A stretch of DNA of 64,000 nt, from contig CANHRI010000002.1 in the NCBI GenBank assembly GCA_947463515.1, positions 22,785 to 86,784 of the forward strand, written 5' to 3'. Position 1 is the stretch's first letter. Every line of letters begins with the position of its first letter. The translations under genes and the position numbers were made by a program. Source of the stretch: Flavobacteriaceae bacterium. Lineage in GTDB: Bacteria; Bacteroidota; Bacteroidia; Flavobacteriales; Flavobacteriaceae. Below, piece by piece: positions 19,952 through 29,807 of the stretch. The notes under the pieces were generated by a model. It did no database searches, was not told the origin of the DNA, and worked only from the letters and a program-made list of their open reading frames with translations.

Positions 19952-20095
19952 GGAGCTATTTCCTGTTGTTCGTTGCATGTCCTCAGCGGCCTGCGTGTTT
20001 TTACTACGCCGCGCGCAAGCTTCTTGGGTCGCTCTCGCTTGGCGGTAAAAACCAACGCATTCCCCTTCCGGGCTTTCCACTGCCACCAGGGCTAG
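19952..20095. repeat. Structured GC-rich intergenic element (Flavo-1-like or REP-like)
   Basis: Ends GGAGCTATTTCCTG...CAGGGCTA pair; long inner hairpin TGCGT-GTTTTTAC-CGCC ... GGCG-GTAAAAAC-ACGCA. The ends resemble a dispersed Flavobacterium repeat from memory. Confidence 0.45.
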
Positions 20096-20150
20096 GGTTT
20101 CAGCTATTTATCAACTAAAGTGTAATTAGAAATATAGAATTTTATAACAC

Positions 20151-20177
20151 AAAACCACCCGAAGGTGGTTATGTTTT
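20151..20177 (-). terminator. Terminator for the dinB transcript (UUCG loop)
   Basis: Minus strand AACCACC-TTCG-GGTGGTTTT. Confidence 0.75.
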
Positions 20178-20183
20178 TATTTA

Positions 20184-20243
20184 TTCCGCAAAGTCGGGAG
20201 ACTGTTGCGGAGCATCGTGCATCAAATGAACACTTTGCGGAGC
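20184..20243. repeat. REP-like palindromic element
   Basis: TTCCGCAAAGT...TGCGGAG and a second CTTTGCGGAG that is inverted relative to the first arm. Confidence 0.55.
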
Positions 20244-20452
20244 GGGGTATTACCAGTTGAAGTTGGATTACTTCCATATATTAAATATGAATTACCTGTA
20301 GCCTCATTGGTTATAAAAAATTCATAAGCAGGAAACCCATCTCGTAATCCGATAATACTAAAATCAAAATTCCCATCTTCTTTTTGAATTATAGTAATAT
20401 TTACATCGTAGTTTATTGCAGGTGCCCCGATAGCGCGGATTTGTACCCCCTC
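20222..20452 (-). pseudogene. Start-less 76-codon relic resembling a polymorphic-toxin / DUF3238-like C-terminal fragment
   Basis: Hand translation EGVQIRAIGAPAINYDVNITIIQKEDGNFDFSIIGLRDGFPAYEFFITNEATGNSYLIYGSNPTSTGNTPLRKVFI*; no ATG; AT-rich core; DGFPAYE motif. Confidence 0.5.
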
Positions 20453-21535
20453 TCAAAACGCAAACTTCAACTGCACCACCACCGTTTTTTTGACTTCGGT
20501 ATTCAAATTACTCAACGAAATGCCCAACAACCGCACCGATTCTTTCAGGCGTTCTTGGTACAACAATTCTTTGGCTGTTTCCAATAACAAGCCCTTGTCA
20601 CTGATGTTATACGGCAAGGTCTTACTGCGGGTTTGGGTCGTGAAATCGCTGTACTTGATTTTTAACGTCACCGTTTTGCCCGAAATATTGTACTTTTTCA
20701 AGCGCCGTTCCAAGGTTTCAGCAATATGCGCGAGCCTTTCTTCCATAAACAACTCCGAAGTCAAGTTCTCTTCAAACGTATGCTCGGCCGCTACCGACTT
20801 CGACACCCGATTGGGTTTGACCTCACTGTAATGAATGCCCCGCACAATGTTGTAATAAAAGCCTCCGCTCTTGCCAAAATGCTCCTCTAAGTACTCCCGC
20901 GAGCGCGCTTTTAAATCGGCCCCGGTAAAAATCCCATGATGGTACATTTTTTCGGCGGTTACTTTGCCAATGCCATAAAACTTTTTGATATCCAAAACCT
21001 CCAAAAAGGCTTCCACTTCATCCGGCGGCACCGTTTTTTGACCGTTGGGTTTGTTGTAATCGCTGGCAACTTTGGCAACAAATTTCGTGTTGGAAATCCC
21101 TGCCGAAGCGGTCAAACCGATTTCATCAAAAATGCGCTGCCGAATCTCCTGCGCGATTAAGGTGGCACTCGGATTCCCTTTTTTATTTACCGTCACATCC
21201 AAATAGGCTTCGTCTAGCGATAAGGGTTCCACCAAATCCGTATACGCTTTAAAAATCGCCCGTATCCGTTTGGAAATCTCCGAATAGCGATCAAACCGCG
21301 GAGGAACAAAAATTAAATCGGGACACAAGCGTTTGGCCTGAACGCCACTCATGGCACTGCGTACGCCAAACTTACGGGCTTCATAACTGGCCGCCGAAAC
21401 TACCCCGCGCACTTCACTTCCGCCCACGGCAATGGGTTTACCCTTTAACTCTGGGAAATCCAATTGCTCCACCGACGCATAAAACGCATCCATGTCGATG
21501 TGAATAATCTTCCGTAATTTAAGGGAATCCGACAT
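20453..21535 (-). CDS. dinB: DNA polymerase IV
   Basis: IIHIDMDAFYASVEQ, SAASYEARKFGVRSAM, SLDEAYLD, KVASDYNKPNG. Confidence 0.97.
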   Translation of the reverse strand: MSDSLKLRKIIHIDMDAFYASVEQLDFPELKGKPIAVGGSEVRGVVSAASYEARKFGVRSAMSGVQAKRLCPDLIFVPPRFDRYSEISKRIRAIFKAYTDLVEPLSLDEAYLDVTVNKKGNPSATLIAQEIRQRIFDEIGLTASAGISNTKFVAKVASDYNKPNGQKTVPPDEVEAFLEVLDIKKFYGIGKVTAEKMYHHGIFTGADLKARSREYLEEHFGKSGGFYYNIVRGIHYSEVKPNRVSKSVAAEHTFEENLTSELFMEERLAHIAETLERRLKKYNISGKTVTLKIKYSDFTTQTRSKTLPYNISDKGLLLETAKELLYQERLKESVRLLGISLSNLNTEVKKTVVVQLKFAF

Positions 21536-21618
21536 GTCTCAAATTTACTAGAATTTCTCAAAATCAATTCACTCAACAACAAGGTTTAATTCCTATTTTT
21601 GAGGAAAAACTTCAGTCG

Positions 21619-22086
21619 ATGATCGAAATTGAACGTAAATTCTTAGTGCGAAACGAACAATTCAAAGCGGAAAGTCGCGCGGCTATACCCATAGCCCAAG
21701 GCTACCTATCCTCGGTTCCCGAACGTACCGTGCGCATTCGAATCAAAGGGAATCAAGGGTTTTTAACCATCAAAGGGAAAAGCAATGCCTCGGGAGCAAG
21801 TCGGTTGGAATGGGAAAAGGAGATTACGGTAGCCGAAGCACAAATGCTCTTGCCCCTTTGTGAAAAAGGAACGATACAAAAAACCCGATACGAAGTGGTA
21901 TCGGGGCAACATATCATTGAGGTGGATGTTTTTGAAGGTGAAAATGCCGGACTGATTCTTGCTGAAATTGAACTGCAATCGGAAGACGAAACGTACCCAA
22001 AACCCGATTGGCTCGGTGAAGAAGTGACGCACGATACACGCTATTACAACGCCTATTTATCGCAGCATCCCTTTGGTTTATGGTGA
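21619..22086 (+). CDS. CYTH domain protein
   Basis: [29 protein letters not shown] motifs. Confidence 0.92.
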   Translation: MIEIERKFLVRNEQFKAESRAAIPIAQGYLSSVPERTVRIRIKGNQGFLTIKGKSNASGASRLEWEKEITVAEAQMLLPLCEKGTIQKTRYEVVSGQHIIEVDVFEGENAGLILAEIELQSEDETYPKPDWLGEEVTHDTRYYNAYLSQHPFGLW

Positions 22087-22584
22087 TTTTTTCTCCACTT
22101 CTATCACTTCGAGTGTAACGGTAGCTGAACCTGAATTGCGGGATCCCGAAATCAAGAAGAACGCGCGTTTAGACAAATCGATTTCACGACCACGAGCAAA
22201 CGGACCACGATCGGTAATTTCAACGATAACCGTTTTACCATTGGCTTCATTGGTAACACGAACCAAGGTTCCTAAAGGCAATTTTTTGTGCGCCGCCGTA
22301 AGTTTGTTTCGATCATAACGCTTGCCACTAGCCGTTCTTCGACCATGAAATCGATCGGAATAATAGGAAGCATGAGCTTTCTTTTTGAAAAGCTTAAACT
22401 TTCCATTAACTACTGGTAAAGTATCGGCTACAAGTACATCCGTTGGTGCCTTTTCTTTCTTGACCGTATCATTTTTTTGCTTTTTTAATTCGGGATTCAC
22501 CGTATTTTGAGCGAAAAAAGTGCTACTAAAGAAAAGACCGATGCCGAGGGTGATACCGTAAATAAGTATTGATTTTGTTCGCAT
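22078..22584 (-). CDS. rlpA: Septal ring lytic transglycosylase RlpA family protein
   Basis: [32 protein letters not shown] double-psi barrel motifs. Confidence 0.88.
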   Translation of the reverse strand: MRTKSILIYGITLGIGLFFSSTFFAQNTVNPELKKQKNDTVKKEKAPTDVLVADTLPVVNGKFKLFKKKAHASYYSDRFHGRRTASGKRYDRNKLTAAHKKLPLGTLVRVTNEANGKTVIVEITDRGPFARGREIDLSKRAFFLISGSRNSGSATVTLEVIEVEKKSP

Positions 22585-22658
22585 TGGACTTGTTTTTGGG
22601 CGATTCAAGACGTCTATAGCTTAAGATCTTGACATCAATTACATACTAAACGGTTGAC

Positions 22659-23084
22659 TTACAACCAAAGTTTCCAAGGAATACGCGATAAAATCAACAC
22701 CAATCCCAAGGTATAGAAAATGGCGAATTTTTTAAACTTAACGCCCGATTCCGTGGCTTTTTTATGGGTTGACCAGCCTACAGTAATCAACACAATCGCA
22801 ATAATATTGGTCAACGGATGCTCTAAAGACGTTAAACGCGCTTCTGCATTGGACATATCGCCCAACAACGCTTTACCAAAGGGTGATATAAAATACAACA
22901 CCAACCCAACCAACAATTGCACGTGTGAAGCAATCAAGGTAAATAACCCGATTTTACGGTCGCGCGCTGAAAAATCTCTTCCAGAACTAAGGCCCATTAC
23001 GGCATTAATCGCAGTGAAAACCAACAAGGCCAAGACAATATAAGCCCACCCAGAGTGGAACTTTTGTATAAATTCGTACAACAT
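22659..23084 (-). CDS. Conserved 4-TM membrane protein of unknown function
   Basis: HSGWAY, HVQLLVGL, EHP, SRIPW; four hydrophobic segments; TATTTTTG promoter at 23115-23108 supports the start at 23084. Confidence 0.75.
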   Translation of the reverse strand: MLYEFIQKFHSGWAYIVLALLVFTAINAVMGLSSGRDFSARDRKIGLFTLIASHVQLLVGLVLYFISPFGKALLGDMSNAEARLTSLEHPLTNIIAIVLITVGWSTHKKATESGVKFKKFAIFYTLGLVLILSRIPWKLWL

Positions 23085-23183
23085 ATATTTTAATTTTAGT
23101 GGATAACAAAAATAGGTAAAAACCATAAAAAAACCGCACCCTCCCACGAGAATACGGTTATTTATCATGAAATTATACTTCTT

Positions 23184-24827
23184 TTAGCGGTTCTTTAAGA
23201 AATGTTCCAGCAAGAAGGTCGTTGAACTGTCATGGGTTTTTACCTGTTGCGATTCGATTTCTTCCAAGATAGAATTGGCTAACTGTTTCCCGAGTTCTAC
23301 CCCCCATTGATCATAACTGAAAATATTCCAAATTACTCCTTGAACAAAAATTTTATGCTCATACAATGCGATCAATTTTCCTAAAGAGGCAGGGGTTAGT
23401 TGCTGAATAAGAAGGGTATTGGTTGGGCGGTCCCCTGAAAACACTTTAAACGGTTTCAAAAAGGCGGCTTTATCACCCGAAATTCCTTGTTGCTCAAATT
23501 CAGCCAAAACTTGTTCCTCGGTTTTTCCATTGAGCAACGCTTCGGTTTGGGCAAAAAAGTTGGACATTAATTTATCGTGATGGTTTTGATCCCCGTACAA
23601 CGCTTTGACAAAACCTATAAAATCCGTGGGAATCAACTTGGTGCCTTGGTGAATCAATTGAAAAAAGGCGTGTTGCGAATTCGTTCCGGGTTCCCCCCAA
23701 ATAATCGTTCCAGTTTGGTAGTTAACGGGATTGCCATCGCGGCCAATACTTTTTCCGTTACTTTCCATAATCCCTTGTTGCAAATAGGGCGCTAACTTCT
23801 GTAAATACTGGGTATACGGAATCAAGGCTTCACTTTCGGCACCGTAAAAATTATTGTACCAAATGCTTAACAAAGCGAGCATAACCGGAATATTTTGATC
23901 GAATGGAGTCGTTCTAAAATGCTCATCCATGGCATGCGCCCCCGATAAGAGTTGATCAAAATGCTCATATCCCACGGCCAAGGCAATAGAAAGTCCGACC
24001 GCACTCCACAACGAAAAACGACCTCCAACCCAATCCCACATCGGGAAAATATTCTCCGGATGGATGCCAAAAGCAGTTACCCTTTGAATATTGGTCGACA
24101 CCGCCACAAAATGGCGCGCTACGTCGGCAGGCTGAGCCGATTGTAAAAACCAATGGCGAATAGTTTCCGAATTGGTAAGGGTTTCTTGTGTGGTAAACGT
24201 TTTGGAAACAATGACAAACAAGGTCGTTTCGGGATTGACTTTCTTCAAAACTTCCTGCACATGATCACCATCTACATTGGATACGAAATGAACGTTCAAG
24301 TGGTTTTTGTAAAACTGTAAGGCTTCTACTACCATGGCTGGACCCAAATCAGAGCCTCCAATACCAATATTGACCACATCGGTAATGGCTTTTCCCGTAT
24401 AGCCTTTGTGCGTTCCTGAAATAATCGCGTCGACAAATGTTCTGATCCGCTGTTTGACAGCATAAATTTCGGGCATTACATTTTGTCCATCGACCCGAAC
24501 CGAAGCCGATGCTGGATTGCGCAATGCCGTGTGCAATACCGCTCGTTGCTCGGTTTGATTGATTAAATCCCCTTCAAAATAAGCAGCAATGGCTTCTTTA
24601 AGGTGCACCTCATCAGCGAGCTCCAACAAATACTGAAGAGTTTCACGGGTAATTGCATTTTTGGAATAATCGACTAAAAAGTCTTCCCATTGAATATGAA
24701 ACGTGTGCGCACGATCGGGTTGTTCTGCAAACAACGTTTTGATCGATTGCTGTTGCATGAAGTCGTAATGCGCTTGTAACTTTGCCCAGGCAGCGGTACG
24801 AGTTGGATTAATTGCTTGTAATGCCAT
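23184..24827 (-). CDS. pgi: Glucose-6-phosphate isomerase
   Basis: [44 protein letters not shown]. Confidence 0.97.
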   Translation of the reverse strand: MALQAINPTRTAAWAKLQAHYDFMQQQSIKTLFAEQPDRAHTFHIQWEDFLVDYSKNAITRETLQYLLELADEVHLKEAIAAYFEGDLINQTEQRAVLHTALRNPASASVRVDGQNVMPEIYAVKQRIRTFVDAIISGTHKGYTGKAITDVVNIGIGGSDLGPAMVVEALQFYKNHLNVHFVSNVDGDHVQEVLKKVNPETTLFVIVSKTFTTQETLTNSETIRHWFLQSAQPADVARHFVAVSTNIQRVTAFGIHPENIFPMWDWVGGRFSLWSAVGLSIALAVGYEHFDQLLSGAHAMDEHFRTTPFDQNIPVMLALLSIWYNNFYGAESEALIPYTQYLQKLAPYLQQGIMESNGKSIGRDGNPVNYQTGTIIWGEPGTNSQHAFFQLIHQGTKLIPTDFIGFVKALYGDQNHHDKLMSNFFAQTEALLNGKTEEQVLAEFEQQGISGDKAAFLKPFKVFSGDRPTNTLLIQQLTPASLGKLIALYEHKIFVQGVIWNIFSYDQWGVELGKQLANSILEEIESQQVKTHDSSTTFLLEHFLKNR

Positions 24828-24936
24828 AAGAGATTTTTTGCCCGACAAAATTAACTAAAATAATAGGGGAAAAATCGTTAAAGTCTTTCAAAAAAGGGAA
24901 CGACACTGTTAAGAAATCGTTTTCGTTGGAAAAAAA

Positions 24937-26175
24937 TTAACGCCCTTTGAAAACCACTTGGGCCACACTATCCAATTCGCGCTTCAACGGACGCATTTGT
25001 TCCTTAAATCGAGGCAAATTTCTTCCTTCCATAGGTTGCGCATTGGGCAGTTGTATGCGAAGTGGATCGACCTGTACCCCATTTTTCCAAAAACGATAAC
25101 ATACGTGCGGCCCCGTAGCTAAGCCCGTACTTCCCACTTTTCCAATCACATCCCCTTGCTTCACCCGTTGACCCCGTCGTACCAAGATGCGCGACATGTG
25201 AAGGTATTGCGTAGCAAAGGTTCGGTCGTGTTTGACTTTGACAAAATTCCCATTTCCAGCGGTGTACCCCGCTTGCTCCACAACTCCCGAAGCGGTCGTC
25301 ATAATCGGTGTGCCTGTGGGAGCTGCGTAATCGGTACCGTTGTGCGCTTTCCAACGCAATTGAACGGGGTGGAACCTACTTTTGGAAAAACGCGAAGTGA
25401 TATGGATGTACTTCAGGGGCGCTTTGAGGAAGAAATTTTTGAGTGCTTTTCCGTTTTCATCGTAATAATCGGTACGTCCCTTGCGCTCTTGTTGAAAAGG
25501 GAAAGCATAGATTTTGTCGCCTTTGTATTCAAAAAAAGCACAGCGCAAACTATCGACTCCATCGTAAATGGTATCGTTAATATAACGCTCAGTAAAACTA
25601 ACGGCAAATCGGTCGCCTTTTTTCAATTTAAAAAAGTCAATCGACCACGCATACACTTTTAGCAATTTGTTGGATAACGAAGGGTCGACCTTCATTCCGC
25701 GCAACGTGGTAGAAAGCGAGCCGTCTAATTTTCCAGCAATCGTTCGAACTTTGAACGTAAGCGGACGCGATTTTTTATAGCCAACGATGGAATCGGTTAA
25801 ATCGACCAAATAGTAATCGATTTTGTTGGGCTGGTAAATCAAGTACTGTAGTTTGTGGTATTTGTCTTTGGAGCGCAAACAAATGTAGGGCTTCATAAAC
25901 CGCACAGAGGTGGGAAAAGAATCCTTGACCTTGGCGATAATTTCAGCCGGTTTGCGTCCGTTGAGATTTTGTTTTTTTAAAATTCGCTCAAAAGTATCTT
26001 GACTGCGAATGGTATCGAAATGCACGTTAAAATCGTCAAAATTGAATCCGAAATCGACCATAGGTTTCCGAGGCTCCATAGGTTCAATAACGTATTCTTC
26101 TGCTTTTTGTGAACAGGAAAACAAAAGCCAAAAGAGTCCAAAAAGGCCTAGTATTTTTAGCGATGCCCTTCTCAT
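24937..26175 (-). CDS. M23 family peptidoglycan DD-metalloendopeptidase
   Basis: HNGTDYA (HxxxD), YLHMS, GPHVCY (HxH variant); start overlaps the kynA stop (ATGA). Confidence 0.9.
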   Translation of the reverse strand: MRRASLKILGLFGLFWLLFSCSQKAEEYVIEPMEPRKPMVDFGFNFDDFNVHFDTIRSQDTFERILKKQNLNGRKPAEIIAKVKDSFPTSVRFMKPYICLRSKDKYHKLQYLIYQPNKIDYYLVDLTDSIVGYKKSRPLTFKVRTIAGKLDGSLSTTLRGMKVDPSLSNKLLKVYAWSIDFFKLKKGDRFAVSFTERYINDTIYDGVDSLRCAFFEYKGDKIYAFPFQQERKGRTDYYDENGKALKNFFLKAPLKYIHITSRFSKSRFHPVQLRWKAHNGTDYAAPTGTPIMTTASGVVEQAGYTAGNGNFVKVKHDRTFATQYLHMSRILVRRGQRVKQGDVIGKVGSTGLATGPHVCYRFWKNGVQVDPLRIQLPNAQPMEGRNLPRFKEQMRPLKRELDSVAQVVFKGR

Positions 26176-27104
26176 TCGCAATCCTCTCCCCAATGTTTTA
26201 ATTCGGTTTCACTCCACAATTCAGGGAAGAAAATACGACGTTGGTATTTAGGATGCATGTATTTTTTCCAATCGCTACCCCCTGTCGCTTCGCCATTACC
26301 TTGTCCGCTTTCAATGTATTTGCGGGCTGCATTGTAATGCCCCATCACCCAAGTGATGTTGACGGTACGGTCATAATGACGCATAGCGGCAATGAGTTCG
26401 GGATTTTGACGATCAGATTCAGGAAGTTGTGAAAACTTTTGCCACAAGTTGATGGTGTTATATTCCTCCATAAACCGAAGAAACTCGGCATCATATTTTT
26501 GTTCAAACGCTTGAATCAAATAGTTTTTTGTTCCCGTTCGATGATCTTTTCCTGCAGCTTGCCAATACAAATGTTCTAAAGCGTGACGGTAAGGCGTATT
26601 TCGGTCGATGGTAGCTCGAAAACGGTAGTCGATTAAATTGATCAAATCGGTGGAGGCGAACTCAATTTTGCGGTACTGCGCACTTTGAAAACCACTGGCA
26701 GGTGTCAAGGTATTGCGAAACTTCATGTATTGCGCCACTTCCATGCCTTCGCCCATGATGTCAAAAGAGGTCGTTAACATATCAAAATAACGACTGATGC
26801 GGCGTAATTTTTCGGTAAAAAAATCGGTGGTCAACGTTTGCGCATGGCATACTTGATCGATTTCCCATAACACCATTTTAAACAGTAACTCGTTGACTTG
26901 ATGGTACATGATAAATACCATTTCGTCGGGGAGTGTGGTGCGTTGAATCTGCAAATTCAAAAGCGCATCGGTTTGAATATAATCCCAATACGTGATGGGT
27001 TTGGCCCACAAAAGGCCCTCCAGATGGGTATCGGTGTTTTGATTAATCTTTTGGAATTTTTCATCCAAGGCTTCAATCAAGGTAGAGGTTTGTTCGCTAC
27101 TCAT
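26172..27104 (-). CDS. kynA: Tryptophan 2,3-dioxygenase
   Basis: YWDYIQTDALL, FIMYHQVNELLFK, FRNTLTPASGFQS, GTGG-like ATGGS. Confidence 0.9.
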   Translation of the reverse strand: MSSEQTSTLIEALDEKFQKINQNTDTHLEGLLWAKPITYWDYIQTDALLNLQIQRTTLPDEMVFIMYHQVNELLFKMVLWEIDQVCHAQTLTTDFFTEKLRRISRYFDMLTTSFDIMGEGMEVAQYMKFRNTLTPASGFQSAQYRKIEFASTDLINLIDYRFRATIDRNTPYRHALEHLYWQAAGKDHRTGTKNYLIQAFEQKYDAEFLRFMEEYNTINLWQKFSQLPESDRQNPELIAAMRHYDRTVNITWVMGHYNAARKYIESGQGNGEATGGSDWKKYMHPKYQRRIFFPELWSETELKHWGEDCE

Positions 27105-27877
27105 TTTTTTACTTTAATTTCAAAAGGGTTGGCCAATCCCTTAAACGCATCCAAATCTGCTTTTAAGGAGCCAACCATCAAACTGGCTTTGATTCGAATT
27201 GGCAATTTGTTATCATCCGCCGAAATCCAAACCGTTAAACTTTCTTGTTCCTTAAAAACGCGACCTGTTTGCACCAAAGGTCGGAAAATCATACAAGGAA
27301 CGGTGCCAAATTTAGTGTCTAAATCCTCACGACCTATAAATTTTAACCGAAACTTTGTGGTTTCGTTGTCAAAAAACATATCCACATTGATGGATTCCCC
27401 CACCTTTAGTTTGTCAACATTCGGATGGTTGCGAAGGTAATAAAAGGTAGAGACAATATCTTGCACTTGCTCGGGAGTTTCAAAAACTGCATTGGTGTTG
27501 TTCTTATAATCTTTGACCAACACTGTATTTTTGTCTTGATTGAAAAACCCTTCCTGATTTTTGGTATACCCACCTTCGTCAATTTTACGTACAAATTGAT
27601 AGGGTTTCCCTGTGTTTTTATCAAAATACGATTCGTAATTGTCGTCGACTTTAAAAAACCACCGGGACATACCCGTAGTATATCCTTTGCCGACAGCATG
27701 AAAAACTTTTTTATTGTTACGCGTGGATTCTTTAACTTCCAATGTAGCGTAACCTGCTGTAACTAAACCGTAGTGGATACGAAATTTGAACCATTCGCCC
27801 ACATCAAAAGCCGAAGGGCGCTCCATATCAAAGGATACGGTAAAAAATAAAAGACTGAGCAAAACAAGATTTTTCAT
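27101..27877 (-). CDS. DUF3108 family exported protein
   Basis: Signal peptide, GEWFKFRIHYG, WISADDNKLPIRIKA; promoter TACATTTG at 27924-27917. Confidence 0.8.
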   Translation of the reverse strand: MKNLVLLSLLFFTVSFDMERPSAFDVGEWFKFRIHYGLVTAGYATLEVKESTRNNKKVFHAVGKGYTTGMSRWFFKVDDNYESYFDKNTGKPYQFVRKIDEGGYTKNQEGFFNQDKNTVLVKDYKNNTNAVFETPEQVQDIVSTFYYLRNHPNVDKLKVGESINVDMFFDNETTKFRLKFIGREDLDTKFGTVPCMIFRPLVQTGRVFKEQESLTVWISADDNKLPIRIKASLMVGSLKADLDAFKGLANPFEIKVKK

Positions 27878-27931
27878 AATGGTCTGTATTTTATTTACCG
27901 CATACAATTACTGTTCCAAATGTAAAAAAAC

Positions 27932-28046
27932 AAAAAAACCCAGCCAAAAGTGACCGGGTTTTTATGCTATTAACCAACCAAAAAACTATAAATTATGAAA
28001 AACGTAATTACTTTCAAAAGGAGTATTACACCTTTCTTGTTTTCTG
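27932..28046 (-). ncRNA. Putative sRNA (about 115 nt)
   Basis: -7 box TACTTTTG at 28058-28051; no ORF on this strand; U/G-rich stretch followed by terminator AAAAACCCGGTCAC-tttt-GGCTGGGTTTTTTT; the downstream gene has its own promoter. Confidence 0.55.
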
Positions 28047-28168
28047 AGGTCAAAAGTACTGCCTATTTTTGAATTATCAACAACAGAATGTCTACTTTAA
28101 CAAATAATTATTAGAAACAACCATACTACAACGTTGTATTTTAACAATTATTCAGTATTTTGAGGTTT

Positions 28169-29329
28169 TTACAATGTGCCTCGCAATGCTTGTTCCCGTT
28201 CAATGGATTCAAAGAGCGCTTTAAAATTACCCGCACCAAATCCTTTCGCCCCCATACGTTGAATGATTTCAAAGAACAAGGTAGGACGATCTTCTACAGG
28301 TTTGGTGAAAATTTGCAACAAATACCCTTCTTCATCAGCATCGACCAAAATGGATAAGGCTTGTAAGGCTTTGATGTCTTCTTTCATCACCTCCATATGT
28401 TTGCCCAAACGCGCCGGAATCTCATCGTAGTACGCTTGTGGTGGTGGCGGTAAAAATTCGACCCCGCGCGCGCGCAAGCCGGCCACGGTTTGAATGATAT
28501 CATCGGTAGCGACAGCAATGTGTTGCACACCAGGACCTTCGTAAAAATCTAAGTATTCTTCAATTTGGGATTTCTTTTTCCCTTCGGCGGGCTCGTTGAT
28601 TGGGAACTTAATGCGTCCGTTGCCATTGGACATCACTTTACTCATCAAGGCGGAGTATTCGGTATGAATTTGCGAATCATCAAAGGACAAGAAGTTTTCA
28701 AATCCCATCACGTCTTCATACCATTTTACCCATTGGTTCATTTCGCCCCAGCCTACATTTCCTACCATGTGGTCGATGTATTTTAACCCAAGCGGGGCTG
28801 GATTATAATCGGATTTCCAATCCATAAACCCGGGCAGGAAGGTTCCAGAATAGTTTTTACGCTCCACAAAAACGTGCACGGTTTCGCCATAGGTATAAAT
28901 TCCTGAACGAATAACCTCACCATGAGCGTCCTTTTCAACGGTAGGTTCCATAAACGAACGTGCCCCACGTTTGGTGGTTTCCTCCCATGCAGAGCGGGCA
29001 TCTTCGACCCATAAAGCGACAACTTTAACACCGTCACCGTGTTTGCGCAAGTGGTCGTTAATGGGAGAATCACTATTCAACGGGGTTGTCAAGACCAATC
29101 GGATTTTGCCTTGCTGCAATACATAACTCACAGCATCGCGAGAGCCTGTTTCTAACCCTTTATAGGCCAACGACTGAAACCCAAAGGCTGTTTTATAAAA
29201 ATGGGCGGATTGTTTTGCATTTCCCACGTAAAATTCAACGTAATCTGTTCCTAACAAGGGTAAAAAGTCTTGGGCGCCTTGAAAGATTTTTTCCAGTCCG
29301 TATTCCACGGATTTTATTTCTTTTGCCAT
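28169..29329 (-). CDS. hppD: 4-hydroxyphenylpyruvate dioxygenase
   Basis: IDHMVGN, FPINEP, GVQHIA, LLQIFT, FFEIIQR, GFGAGNFKALFESIE. Confidence 0.97.
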   Translation of the reverse strand: MAKEIKSVEYGLEKIFQGAQDFLPLLGTDYVEFYVGNAKQSAHFYKTAFGFQSLAYKGLETGSRDAVSYVLQQGKIRLVLTTPLNSDSPINDHLRKHGDGVKVVALWVEDARSAWEETTKRGARSFMEPTVEKDAHGEVIRSGIYTYGETVHVFVERKNYSGTFLPGFMDWKSDYNPAPLGLKYIDHMVGNVGWGEMNQWVKWYEDVMGFENFLSFDDSQIHTEYSALMSKVMSNGNGRIKFPINEPAEGKKKSQIEEYLDFYEGPGVQHIAVATDDIIQTVAGLRARGVEFLPPPPQAYYDEIPARLGKHMEVMKEDIKALQALSILVDADEEGYLLQIFTKPVEDRPTLFFEIIQRMGAKGFGAGNFKALFESIEREQALRGTL

Positions 29330-29341
29330 AAAAATTAAAAG

Positions 29342-29803
29342 TTAAGGACGCGTTTTTGGAGCGGGTGTTGCTACAGTATCGGTCGAGGAGCGTTTAAATA
29401 ATGCATCGTCATACACCGAATCGTGAACTACTGAATCCTTCGCGCGTGTTGTGATTTGTTTTGTTTGTTGTAATAGGTTTTGGTTTGAAAATTTTTCAAT
29501 GATGTCATAATCCAAAAAGAGAAAAAAGACAGTAATCAAAAGCGCAAGTATCCCGTTGATAATGGCGCTAATCATGCACAAAATTTTTCCCATAGAAACG
29601 ATAGATCGACTGCCTTCAGAATACTGCTGGGGATCCGCGTCATACAGGCGTAAACTTTTTCCGGCAAGCACCCATCCAAGAATGGCTAATCCCAAAGAAA
29701 ATGGAATTAAAAATCCGCAGCAGCACACAAAAAAAAGAATAAACAAACTGATTACTCCCAGGATGAGGACTAACGGATCGGCTGGCAGTCTATAATTTTG
29801 CAT
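29342..29803 (-). CDS. CCC-motif membrane protein (DUF4190-like)
   Basis: LILGVISL, FVCCCG, GKILCMI; three hydrophobic segments. Confidence 0.75.
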   Translation of the reverse strand: MQNYRLPADPLVLILGVISLFILFFVCCCGFLIPFSLGLAILGWVLAGKSLRLYDADPQQYSEGSRSIVSMGKILCMISAIINGILALLITVFFLFLDYDIIEKFSNQNLLQQTKQITTRAKDSVVHDSVYDDALFKRSSTDTVATPAPKTRP

Positions 29804-29807
29804 GGTA

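Noticed and set aside
19855-20055. 66-aa minus-strand ORF
   Set aside because: Falls across the palindromic element and a terminator; composition is not protein-like.
27995-28072. 25-aa plus-strand ORF MKNVITFKRSITPFLFSEVKSTAYF with a good leader
   Set aside because: No plus-strand TAnnTTTG promoter found upstream, whereas the minus strand has both promoter and terminator. Kept as the alternative explanation for the third sRNA.
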